From: Oscillospiraceae bacterium
Lineage (GTDB): Bacteria; Bacillota; Clostridia; Oscillospirales; Ruminococcaceae
DNA: 64,000 bases
Direction: 5' to 3'
Assembly: GCA_015067315.1 (NCBI GenBank)
Contig: SVMR01000009.1
Coordinates: forward strand, 16,815 to 80,814
Under the pieces are notes generated by a model. The model did no database searches. It had not been told where the DNA came from and saw only the letters and a list, made by a program, of their open reading frames with translations. The position numbers and the translations under genes were made by a program. Positions 28,216-36,270 of this stretch are shown here, one piece after another; position 1 is the first letter of the stretch, and the number at the start of each line of letters is the position of its first letter.

Positions 28216-29471
28216 GCGATTTTTTCAGAATTGACAGCCGCCTTCTGGAACTTGCCGAAAAAGCAGAAGCGGATTGCCGGAAGCCTTTCGCAAGAATAAG
28301 CGAAATCGAAACTTACAATAACGAAAAAGTTCTCCGGGCTTTCATCGACAACAGAGTAAGCGAAAGCCTTTTTGCCGGTTCCTCCGGCTATGGCTACGAT
28401 GACCGCGGACGCGAAATTCTCGACCGGGTCTGGAGCCAGATTTTCGGAACCGAAGATTCCATGGTCCGCCATAACTTTATGAGCGGAACCCACGCCATTG
28501 CAACCGCTCTTTTCGGTGTTCTCCGCCCGGGCGACAAAATGGTTTCCCTCACCGGAACTCCTTACGACACCCTCAACGGCGTTATCCACGGCGAAGGGGT
28601 CGGCTCCCTTAAAGAATTCGGCGTAATATATGACGAACTCCCTCTTCTTCCGGACGGAAGCGTTGATTACGAAGGAATCCCGGAAGCTGTAAAAGGCGCA
28701 AAAATGGCTTATATCCAGCGTTCCCGCGGATATTCCACAAGGGCAAGCCTTAAAATCGAAGTTATCAAAAAGATTTTTGACATCGTTCACGAAGCAAACC
28801 CGGATGCGGTCTGCGTCTGCGACAACTGCTACGGCGAATTTGTTGACAAGGTCGAACCCACCCAGGTTGGCGCCGACCTTATAATCGGTTCCCTCATCAA
28901 AAACCCCGGCGCGGGAATTGCCCATACCGGCGGTTATATCACCGGAAAACACGAATACGTTGAACTTTGCGCCCACCGCCTTTCCGCTCCCGGAGTCGGC
29001 AGAGAAGTCGGCTGCACTCTTAATGAACTCCGCCCCATGTACCAGGGACTTTTCTTCTCCCCCACCGTAACCGCTTCCGCTGTAAAAACTGCCGTTTTCG
29101 CAAGCCGCTTTTTTGAACTTTGCGGATTCGAGGCGGACCCGGTTTATGATGACCCCAGAACCGACATTATCGAAACCATCGCCCTCAAAACTCCGGAAGC
29201 TCTCTGCGCTTTCTGCCGCGGAATCCAAAGCGGTTCGCCCATCGACGCTTTCGTAACTCCTGAACCCTGGGATATGCCCGGTTATGACAGCCAGGTTATC
29301 ATGGCCGCCGGCGCATTCAACCTTGGCGCTTCCGTTGAACTTTCCGCGGATGCTCCCCTTCGTGAACCTTATTCCGTATGGATGCAGGGCGGACTTACCT
29401 ATCCCACCGCAAAAATGGGCGTAATGCTTGCGGCCCAGTCCATGATGAACGAAGGACTTCTTAATCTTTAA
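28212..29471 (+). CDS. methionine gamma-lyase family / YnbB-like PLP-dependent protein
   Basis: 419 aa. ATGA overlap with the upstream gene. N-terminal pattern YNNEKVLRAFIDNRVSESLFAGSSGYGYDDRGRE is typical of the YnbB (aluminium-resistance) family. Confidence 0.8.
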   Translation: MSDFFRIDSRLLELAEKAEADCRKPFARISEIETYNNEKVLRAFIDNRVSESLFAGSSGYGYDDRGREILDRVWSQIFGTEDSMVRHNFMSGTHAIATALFGVLRPGDKMVSLTGTPYDTLNGVIHGEGVGSLKEFGVIYDELPLLPDGSVDYEGIPEAVKGAKMAYIQRSRGYSTRASLKIEVIKKIFDIVHEANPDAVCVCDNCYGEFVDKVEPTQVGADLIIGSLIKNPGAGIAHTGGYITGKHEYVELCAHRLSAPGVGREVGCTLNELRPMYQGLFFSPTVTASAVKTAVFASRFFELCGFEADPVYDDPRTDIIETIALKTPEALCAFCRGIQSGSPIDAFVTPEPWDMPGYDSQVIMAAGAFNLGASVELSADAPLREPYSVWMQGGLTYPTAKMGVMLAAQSMMNEGLLNL

Positions 29472-29507
29472 TTGACAGCAAATGCAATTTGATGTAAAAT
29501 GAATAGC

Positions 29508-29532
29508 GGCGGGAGCAAGCTCCCGCCCTACA
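29508..29532 (+). repeat. solitary GC hairpin repeat GGCGGGAGCAAGCTCCCGCCCTACA
   Basis: Copy of 13564-13588. Lies between ynbB-like gene and tRNA-Leu. Confidence 0.8.
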
Positions 29533-29545
29533 TTTTTAAAAATCC

Positions 29546-29628
29546 GCGGGTATGGCGGAATTGGCAGACGCGCCAGACTTAGGATCTGGTGTTCACACGT
29601 GCAGGTTCGACCCCTGTTACCCGCACCA
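29546..29628 (+). tRNA. tRNA-Leu (anticodon TAG)
   Basis: Acceptor GCGGGTA/TACCCGC. Anticodon stem CCAGA/TCTGG with loop CTTAGGA. Long variable arm. T-loop TTCGACC. Encoded CCA. 83 nt. Confidence 0.9.
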
Positions 29629-29629
29629 G

Positions 29630-29662
29630 AAACCGCCGCGTTTTTTTCGCGGCGGTTTTTTC
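29630..29662 (+). terminator. rho-independent terminator after tRNA-Leu
   Basis: Hairpin aaaccgccgcg-ttttttt-cgcggcggttt followed by a T run. Confidence 0.85.
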
Positions 29663-29686
29663 TTTCTGTTGAAAAGAGGTATTGTT

Positions 29687-30571
29687 TTGTCAAAAAATTC
29701 AAAGGCCGTTATTGCGGCTCTTCTCGGATACAGCATCTTCGGTTTCAGTTTTCTTTTTTCGAAAACCGCTCTTGAATTTGCTTCTCCGTTCGGTCTTTTG
29801 GGACTTCGTTTTCTCCTTGCGTTTCTTGCGCTGAATTTTGTTTTGCTTTTCGGAAAAACAAAAATCTCGCTCAAAGGAAAACCCATCGGAAGCCTTATTC
29901 TGCTTGGACTTATCCAGCCGGTTTGTTATTTTATCTTTGAAACTTACGGAATAAGCCTGACTTCCGCCGCCTTTTCCGGAATAATGATTGGAACCGTTCC
30001 CGTTGTGGGAGTTATCCTCGGAATCCTTTTCCTCGGCGAAAAATGCAGCTTTCTCCGGGGATTCTTCACCTTGTTTTCCGTTTTTGGCGTTTATCTTACA
30101 ACAACCGGCGGAATCGGAAGTTTTTCCGCAAAAGGATTTTTCCTTCTTTCAGGCGCGGTTTTCTCCGCCGCGTTTTTCACCGTTTTAAGCAGAAAAACCT
30201 CGGAACATTTTTCCGCCTTTGAACGTACTTACGTTATGTTCGCCCTTGGAACGGCGTTTTTCCTTCCTCTTTCGTTTTTTGAAAACGGCGGAAATATCGC
30301 AAAAGTTTTTCTTCCGCTTAAAAATCCGTTTTTTCTCGTTTCGGTTTTCTATCTTGCGGTAATTTCTTCCGTTTGCGCCTTTCTTTTAATAAATTTTTCT
30401 CTTAACCATATCCCCGCCGGAAAAGCTCTTGTTTTTTCAAATTTCACAACGGTGATTTCCGTCCTTGCTGGAATTTTTATAATGGGAGATTCTTTTTCCG
30501 TAACACAGCTTCTTGGAATCGCGGTTATAACTCTTTCCGTTTCGTTCATTACAATTTCGAAAAAACAATAA
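29687..30571 (+). CDS. DMT (EamA) family transporter
   Basis: TTG start at 29687 with RBS gaaaagAGG. Ten-helix hydrophobic protein with two EamA-like halves. The ORF-track start at 29552 runs through tRNA-Leu and is spurious. Confidence 0.8.
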   Translation: MSKNSKAVIAALLGYSIFGFSFLFSKTALEFASPFGLLGLRFLLAFLALNFVLLFGKTKISLKGKPIGSLILLGLIQPVCYFIFETYGISLTSAAFSGIMIGTVPVVGVILGILFLGEKCSFLRGFFTLFSVFGVYLTTTGGIGSFSAKGFFLLSGAVFSAAFFTVLSRKTSEHFSAFERTYVMFALGTAFFLPLSFFENGGNIAKVFLPLKNPFFLVSVFYLAVISSVCAFLLINFSLNHIPAGKALVFSNFTTVISVLAGIFIMGDSFSVTQLLGIAVITLSVSFITISKKQ

Positions 30572-30604
30572 AAAAAACGGACGCAAAAGCGTCCGTTTTT
30601 ATTT
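30571..30604. terminator. bidirectional terminator (EamA gene / nucleoside phosphorylase, convergent)
   Basis: Hairpin aaaacggacgc-aaaa-gcgtccgtttt. Confidence 0.85.
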
Positions 30605-30611
30605 TATTCAA

Positions 30612-31388
30612 TTATTCTTTATCCTCTTTGATAAGTTTTCTGATTGCTTCGACCGCAACGGAAATTGCGCATTCGGTATCGTGAACGATTGGGTTTTCCA
30701 TTCCGAGAGCATTGCGTTCCTGGTTTCCCATTACGAGGAAGCAGGAACCGCAGCGGACTCCGAGATGACTTGCCGCAACGAAAAGCGCGGCGGATTCCAT
30801 TTCGGAAGCTTTTGTTCCAAGGCGCTTCCAGGCTTCCCATTTGTTGAGAAGTTCATAGCTTACGGGCATTCTCTGGGGTTCGTGCTGGCCGTAAAAAGCA
30901 TCCTTGCACTGAACAACGCCCGCATGATAAGTATGACCGAGTTTTTTTGCCCCATAAACAAGAGCGTTTGCAACTTCAAGATTCGCAACCGCAGGGAATT
31001 CGATCGGAGCATATTCGCGGCTTGTTCCTTCCATTCGGATTGCGCCGGTTGCAACAACAACGTCGCCGCCTTTTACGTCAAGATCGATTCCGCCGCAGGT
31101 TCCGACGCGGATAAAAGTATCTGCGCCGCAAAGAACGAGTTCTTCCATTGCGATTGAAGCGGAGGGACCGCCTATTCCCGTGGAAGTAACGCTTACTTTT
31201 TCGCCGTCGATATATCCGGTGTATGTAACGTATTCCCTGCTGTCCGCAACAAGAACGGGATTGTCAAAATGCTTTGCGATTTTTTCACATCTTTTCGGGT
31301 CGCCGGGAAGGATCACGTAGCGTCCAACGTCGCCCGGTCTTATCTGTAAATGGTACTGAAGTCCTTCTTCGCCTGAATAGTTCTGCAT
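30612..31388 (-). CDS. udp: uridine phosphorylase-type nucleoside phosphorylase (PNP/UDP family)
   Basis: 258 aa. [17 protein letters not shown] and RVGTCGG motifs. Length and N-terminus fit Udp better than DeoD. Confidence 0.75.
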   Translation of the reverse strand: MQNYSGEEGLQYHLQIRPGDVGRYVILPGDPKRCEKIAKHFDNPVLVADSREYVTYTGYIDGEKVSVTSTGIGGPSASIAMEELVLCGADTFIRVGTCGGIDLDVKGGDVVVATGAIRMEGTSREYAPIEFPAVANLEVANALVYGAKKLGHTYHAGVVQCKDAFYGQHEPQRMPVSYELLNKWEAWKRLGTKASEMESAALFVAASHLGVRCGSCFLVMGNQERNALGMENPIVHDTECAISVAVEAIRKLIKEDKE

Positions 31389-31430
31389 AATAAAAGCACC
31401 CTCCGTTTTCCTGATATTTGTTATAACTAT

Positions 31431-31459
31431 ATTATAATATCAAGGAACGCTATATTCAA
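31431..31459 (-). promoter_or_regulatory. putative sigma-A promoter for the nucleoside phosphorylase gene
   Basis: On the minus strand: TTGAAT (31454-31459), 17-nt spacer, TATAAT (31431-31436). Confidence 0.45.
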
Positions 31460-31792
31460 CATAAAAAATCACAATGTTGCCGAACTTTTTTCGGAATTCT
31501 CTTTAATTTTTTCAGCCGCGTTAAAAAAGCGCCGTTTTTTATCCGTTTATAATGTTTTATTAAATTTATTTACCGATTTAAATGTGTTTTTCGGTTAAAA
31601 TACGGCCGGATATTCCGTTTTTGTGTATTTATACATTTTTCTTTGTATATTCAAAAACGGCTTTTTCAGGTTAAATTCATCCTTAAACTCAATTATTTCG
31701 GCAAAATCATGTGCAATCTATACAAAACATATAAACAATTATTGATAATTGTGGTCAAATGGTAAAAACGAATAAATATTCACAAAAAGGTG

Positions 31793-31821
31793 TTGACAAT
31801 GTATAATTATGCGAGTATAAT
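31793..31821 (+). promoter_or_regulatory. consensus sigma-A promoter for the amino-acid ABC transporter operon
   Basis: TTGACA (31793-31798), exactly 17 nt, TATAAT (31816-31821). Confidence 0.6.
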
Positions 31822-31884
31822 ACAGCCATAGCCAATGATCAATGACTCAAGAAAATTATTTTTTAATTTAGTGAGGTAGTTAAA

Positions 31885-32724
31885 ATGAAAAAGATCGTAT
31901 CCCTTATCCTTGTTGCTTGCATGATGCTTGCATTCGCCGGCTGCGGCGCTTCCGACGAAAACGTACTTAAAGTTGCAATCTCTCCGGACTTCGCTCCGAT
32001 GGAATTTGTTGATGCAACCAAATCCGGTCAGGATTCCTACGTTGGTTTCGACGTAACCCTTGCAAAATATATCGCAGAAGGTCTTGGCAAAGAACTTGAA
32101 CTCGTTCCCCTTTCCTTCGATGCATGCCAGGTTGCAGTTCAGGTCGGTTCCGTTGATATGTCCATTTCCGGTTTCTCCTGGACCGAAGAACGTGCAGCAA
32201 ACTATAACCTTTCCGATTATTACTACGCAGGCGACAACGAAACCGAGCAGGTAATCATAACCACCAAAGCAAACGAAGGCAAATTTGCAACAGCAGAATC
32301 CTTCTCCGGACTTAAAGTTGCAGCACAGACCGCTTCCCTCCAGCTTGCACTTTGCCAGGAACAGCTTCCCGAAGATTGCGAAATCATCGAAGTTGTTGAC
32401 CTTACCACCGCATTCCTCCAGCTCCAGAGCGGCGAATTCGACGCAATGGCAGTTGCAACCGGCCAAGCCGAAGTTCTTATCGCAAACAACCCCGAAATCG
32501 CAGCACTTTCCGGTTTCCAGTTCGAAGTTTCCGCTGAATATGAAGCAAACGTAATCATGCTCCAGAAAGGCGCAGACGAACTTACCGCAAAAGTCAACGA
32601 ACTTCTTGCAGCAGCTTACGACGCAGGTTACTACGGCGTTTGGTACGAAGAAGCTCTTGCTCTTGCAGAAAGCGCAAACTCCCAGGAAGTAAGCTACGAC
32701 GACGAAGGTAACGTAGCAGGCTGA
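31885..32724 (+). CDS. amino acid ABC transporter substrate-binding lipoprotein
   Basis: 279 aa. Lipobox LAFAGCG. SBP_bac_3-like (DFAPMEF, GFDV, DMSISGFS). Confidence 0.88.
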   Translation: MKKIVSLILVACMMLAFAGCGASDENVLKVAISPDFAPMEFVDATKSGQDSYVGFDVTLAKYIAEGLGKELELVPLSFDACQVAVQVGSVDMSISGFSWTEERAANYNLSDYYYAGDNETEQVIITTKANEGKFATAESFSGLKVAAQTASLQLALCQEQLPEDCEIIEVVDLTTAFLQLQSGEFDAMAVATGQAEVLIANNPEIAALSGFQFEVSAEYEANVIMLQKGADELTAKVNELLAAAYDAGYYGVWYEEALALAESANSQEVSYDDEGNVAG

Positions 32725-32816
32725 TAAAAATCCCTTACAACAGAGATCTGGCAGGGCGGAAAATACTTTCGCCCTGCTTTTGCCGTAATAAATGACCCTT
32801 TTTTGGAGGACAGATA

Positions 32817-33566
32817 ATGTTCAGTTTAGCAACAATTTTTGAAAACATCAAAACGCTTCTCGAAAATTACTGGCAGGTATTTATTTTCGAAGGCGTTAAA
32901 TACACCCTTATTCTTTCCGCGATCGCGGTTTTCTTCGGTTCCATTTTCGGTATCGTAATCGCTCTCGGAAGAATGTCCAATTGGAGACCTTTTCATTCTC
33001 TTAACAAAAAGAAAGCAAAAAAAGGATTTATATATAAACTTTCCGAATTCAACCCCATAAGTTTCCTTTGCTCCGCATATACCGAAATCCTTCGTGACAC
33101 CCCTCTTCTTCTCCAGCTTTATTTCTTTGTAATTATCCTTCCTACAATAATTAAATTTGTGGATTTTTCCATGTTCACATGGACTTCGATCGCCCTTGCG
33201 CTCAACTCCGCCGCATACGTTTCCGAGCTTGTCCGTTCCGGTATCCAGGCAGTTGACAAAGGACAGACCGAAGCCGCCCGCTCCCTCGGTATGAACAAGA
33301 CCCAGACCATGGTAAAAGTTGTTCTTCCCCAGGCAGTCAAAAACATCCTTCCCGCAATCGGCAGCGAATTTGTTTCCATCATCAAGGAAACTTCCATGGC
33401 TTCCACTTTCTTCATCGGCGACCTCATGACTTCCTACCTCAAAGTCAAAGGTGCAACCTATCTTGCACTTGAAGCGCTTATCATCGTTGCAGTGATTTAT
33501 TTCATTCTTACATTCGTACTCAGCAAAATCATTCTTGCCTATGAAAGGAGACTCAACAGCAAATGA
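32817..33566 (+). CDS. amino acid ABC transporter permease
   Basis: 249 aa. EAA-type loop ([24 protein letters not shown]). HisM/GlnP-like. Confidence 0.88.
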   Translation: MFSLATIFENIKTLLENYWQVFIFEGVKYTLILSAIAVFFGSIFGIVIALGRMSNWRPFHSLNKKKAKKGFIYKLSEFNPISFLCSAYTEILRDTPLLLQLYFFVIILPTIIKFVDFSMFTWTSIALALNSAAYVSELVRSGIQAVDKGQTEAARSLGMNKTQTMVKVVLPQAVKNILPAIGSEFVSIIKETSMASTFFIGDLMTSYLKVKGATYLALEALIIVAVIYFILTFVLSKIILAYERRLNSK

Positions 33567-34288
33567 TTCAGACTATCGATCTTTATAAAAGCTTCGGAGA
33601 CCTCCAGGTACTCAAAGGCATTAACGAACACGTAGCTCCAAGGGAAGTTATCTCCATAATCGGACCTTCCGGCGGCGGCAAATCAACTTTCCTCCGCTGC
33701 CTCAATATGCTTGAAACTCCCGATTCCGGACAAATTTTCTTCGAAGGCGTTGATATCACAAGCGAAAAAGTCGATATCGACCTCCACCGCCAGAAAATGG
33801 GAATGGTTTTCCAGCATTTCAATGTTTTCCCCCATCTTTCCGTTCTTGAAAACGTAACCCTTGCTCCCACCGTTGTTAAAAAGATTTCCAAAATCGAAGC
33901 AAACGAACAGGCAATGGAACTTCTCAACAGAGTAGGTCTTGCGGATAAAGCGAACGAAAGCGCAACAAGCCTTTCCGGCGGACAGAAACAGCGTCTTGCA
34001 ATCGTCCGCGCCCTTGCAATGGAACCGGACGTAATGCTTTTCGACGAACCCACTTCCGCCCTTGACCCGGAAATGGTCGGCGAGGTTCTTGACGTTATCA
34101 AGGGACTTGTTAAAGACGGAATGACCTCCGTAATCGTAACCCACGAAATGGGCTTTGCAAAAGAAGTCAGCGACAGAGTCGTTTTCATGGACGGCGGAAT
34201 TGTTGCCGAAGAAGGAACTCCGGACGAAATTTTCGGAAATCCCCAGAACCCCAGAACAAAGGACTTCCTCAGCAAAGTTTTGTATTGA
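33563..34288 (+). CDS. amino acid ABC transporter ATP-binding protein
   Basis: 241 aa. Walker [10 protein letters not shown], signature LSGGQKQR, Walker [12 protein letters not shown]. Confidence 0.93.
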   Translation: MIQTIDLYKSFGDLQVLKGINEHVAPREVISIIGPSGGGKSTFLRCLNMLETPDSGQIFFEGVDITSEKVDIDLHRQKMGMVFQHFNVFPHLSVLENVTLAPTVVKKISKIEANEQAMELLNRVGLADKANESATSLSGGQKQRLAIVRALAMEPDVMLFDEPTSALDPEMVGEVLDVIKGLVKDGMTSVIVTHEMGFAKEVSDRVVFMDGGIVAEEGTPDEIFGNPQNPRTKDFLSKVLY

Positions 34289-34295
34289 TTTTCCC

Positions 34296-34328
34296 GTAAC
34301 GGGCGACCATTGCGGTCGCCCGTTTTTC
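34296..34328 (+). terminator. rho-independent terminator of the ABC operon (stem related to the GC hairpin repeat)
   Basis: Hairpin acgggcgacc-attgc-ggtcgcccgt followed by TTTTTCTTTTT. Confidence 0.8.
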
Positions 34329-34348
34329 TTTTTAAGGAGCGTTTTAAA

Positions 34349-35797
34349 ATGGATAAAAAAGAACTTTATACATATATTGACGAAAACAAGGGTATTTTTG
34401 AAGAACTTTCCGATAAAATCTGGGGATTTGCGGAAATTTCCCTTAAAGAACACGAATCCGCAAAGGCATATAAATCCCTTCTTGAAGAACTGGGTTTTAA
34501 GGTCGAAACCGGTCTTGCGGGGGTTGAAACCGCCTTTTCCGGAACTTACGGAAGCGGAAGACCCATAATCGGAATCCTCGGCGAATTTGACGCTCTTTCC
34601 GGTCTTTCCCAAAAAGCCGGACTTACCGTCCACGATGAACTTGTTTCCGGCGGAAGCGGTCACGGCTGCGGTCATAATCTTCTCGGCGCAGGTTCTCTTT
34701 CCGCCGCCTATGCGGTAAAAAAATATCTTGAAGAAAAAGGCGAAGGCAGCGGAACCGTTATTTTCTATGGCTGCCCCGGCGAAGAAGGCGGCGCAGGAAA
34801 AGCTTTTATGGCAAAGCAGGATCTGTTTTATAATCTTGATGCGGCTCTCACCTGGCATCCGGACGATTCCAACCAGGTCACAAGCGGTTCCTATCTTGCC
34901 TGCGTACAGGTTGAATATAAATTCGAAGGCGTTGCCGCCCATGCGGCAGGCTGTCCTCATATGGGAAGAAGCGCTCTTGACGCAGTTGAACTTATGAACA
35001 TCGGCGTTCAGTTCCTGCGGGAACATATGCCCATAAGCGACAGAATCCATTATTCCATAACCGATGCGGGCGGCATTTCCCCGAACGTTGTTCAGCCCAC
35101 CGCCCAGGTTCTTTATATGGTCCGTTCCGACACCGTTGCAAAGGTGAAAAATCTTCTTGCAAGGGTCGAGGATATTGCAAAAGGCGCCGCGCTTATGACC
35201 GGAACAACCCTTAAACGCCGCTTTATTGACGGAACCGCGGATGTTGTTCCGAACTCCGTCCTCGAAAAAGCGATGTATAAGAACTTCAGCGAAACCCAGC
35301 TTCCGGAATATACCGAAGAGGAACTTGCCTTTGCCGAGGAACTTAAAAAGACCTATCTCACCGAAGGACTTCCGGGTTTTGCTTCAAATTTCAGTCCCGA
35401 AATCGCCGCTTATACCGCTGAAAAAACCAATAACGGCGAAAAGGCGCAGAACGATTTTCTTATGCCCCTTTACCATTCCGAAGTCACCCTTCCCGGTTCA
35501 ACCGACGTCGGCGACGTAAGCTGGCAGACCCCCACGGCGCAGATCAACACCGCAACCTGGACAAGCGGAATTCCCGGTCACAGCTGGCAGGTCGTTTCCA
35601 TGGGAAAATCCACCATTGCCAAAAAAGGCATGAATCTTGCGGCAAAGGTAATCGCCGCAACGGCGGTTGATCTTTTCGAAAACCCCGAACTTCTTTCCGC
35701 CGCAAAAGCCGAATTCCTCGAAAAAACGAAATCCGGCTTCGTAAGTCCCATTGAGGACGGCGCAGTTCCCGCCATTGCAGGAGAAAAAATTCTTTAA
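34349..35797 (+). CDS. M20 family amidohydrolase (AbgB-like)
   Basis: Start at MDKKELYTYIDENK with RBS AAGGAG. Motif GSGHGCGHNLLGAG is typical of the AbgB/aminobenzoyl-glutamate utilisation subfamily. Confidence 0.8.
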   Translation: MDKKELYTYIDENKGIFEELSDKIWGFAEISLKEHESAKAYKSLLEELGFKVETGLAGVETAFSGTYGSGRPIIGILGEFDALSGLSQKAGLTVHDELVSGGSGHGCGHNLLGAGSLSAAYAVKKYLEEKGEGSGTVIFYGCPGEEGGAGKAFMAKQDLFYNLDAALTWHPDDSNQVTSGSYLACVQVEYKFEGVAAHAAGCPHMGRSALDAVELMNIGVQFLREHMPISDRIHYSITDAGGISPNVVQPTAQVLYMVRSDTVAKVKNLLARVEDIAKGAALMTGTTLKRRFIDGTADVVPNSVLEKAMYKNFSETQLPEYTEEELAFAEELKKTYLTEGLPGFASNFSPEIAAYTAEKTNNGEKAQNDFLMPLYHSEVTLPGSTDVGDVSWQTPTAQINTATWTSGIPGHSWQVVSMGKSTIAKKGMNLAAKVIAATAVDLFENPELLSAAKAEFLEKTKSGFVSPIEDGAVPAIAGEKIL

Positions 35798-35802
35798 AAA
35801 AT

Positions 35803-36206
35803 GCCCCCTTGCCTAAAGGGGGCTGTCACGCTTTTAAGAACAGGTGCGTGACTGGGGGATTCTTGTATAGATTACCGGTTGTTTTTAAATTGGACGGGGT
35901 TAACACCTCATCCGTCACGCTTTATTCTTGCGGCGCGACACCCTCCCCTCAAGGGGAAGGCTAACCCTCCGGGAATCCTTTTTTGCGGGCGACCACAAGG
36001 GTCGCCCCTACGGAGTTCTAATTAACTTTCTGCTTTACATTTAAAAGAATCCCTCCACCATCTTCGATGGTCCCCCCAACTCTTGCGGTACCCAAAATAT
36101 TCTGCGGCATACGCCTTGAATATTTTGACCGCGGCGCGCCAAACCCTGCTCGCTTCATCGTCCACAGGACGCGCTTCACAGGCTTTACTCTTTAGGCAAG
36201 GGAGCC
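35803..36206 (+). repeat. hairpin-repeat family, long foldback form (R8)
   Basis: Left end H1-H2-tgggggattc (35803-35862). Internal modules follow, including cctcatccgtc..., cctcccct/ggggaagg and gggcgacc/gggtcgccc. The right end is the left end inverted: gaatccctcc-accatc/gatggt (36047-36071), then a 130-nt arm (36077-36206) ending in an inverted H1. Confidence 0.85.
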
Positions 36207-36214
36207 TTGATATG

Positions 36215-36252
36215 GAAAAATCCCGTGCTCATTTTGAGCACGGGATTTTTTG
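36215..36252. terminator. bidirectional terminator (serves pckA on the minus strand)
   Basis: Hairpin aaaaatcccgtgctc-atttt-gagcacgggattttt. Confidence 0.85.
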
Positions 36253-36270
36253 TTTGAGCATGGAGGAATT

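Noticed and set aside
29552-29686. N-terminal extension of the EamA transporter ORF
   Set aside because: The extension is read through tRNA-Leu and its terminator. The real start is the TTG at 29687 behind an AGAGG RBS. Similar spurious upstream extensions were trimmed for 4548-4688, 38035-38166, 46420-46521, 62985-63107, 23589-23642, 19990-20034, 34310-34348, 59394-59483 and 60238-60273.
28182-29702. 506-aa ORF on the minus strand
   Set aside because: It is antisense to the ynbB-like gene and continues across the GC hairpin repeat, tRNA-Leu and its terminator. It cannot be a real gene and is a shadow ORF.
33683-35050. 455-aa ORF on the minus strand spanning two plus-strand genes
   Set aside because: It is antisense to the ABC ATPase and M20 amidohydrolase genes and crosses their terminator. 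The same shadow-ORF artefact explains 36781-38118, 43875-45212, 48987-50216, 9519-10409, 17751-18809, 55078-56121 and 57508-58467.
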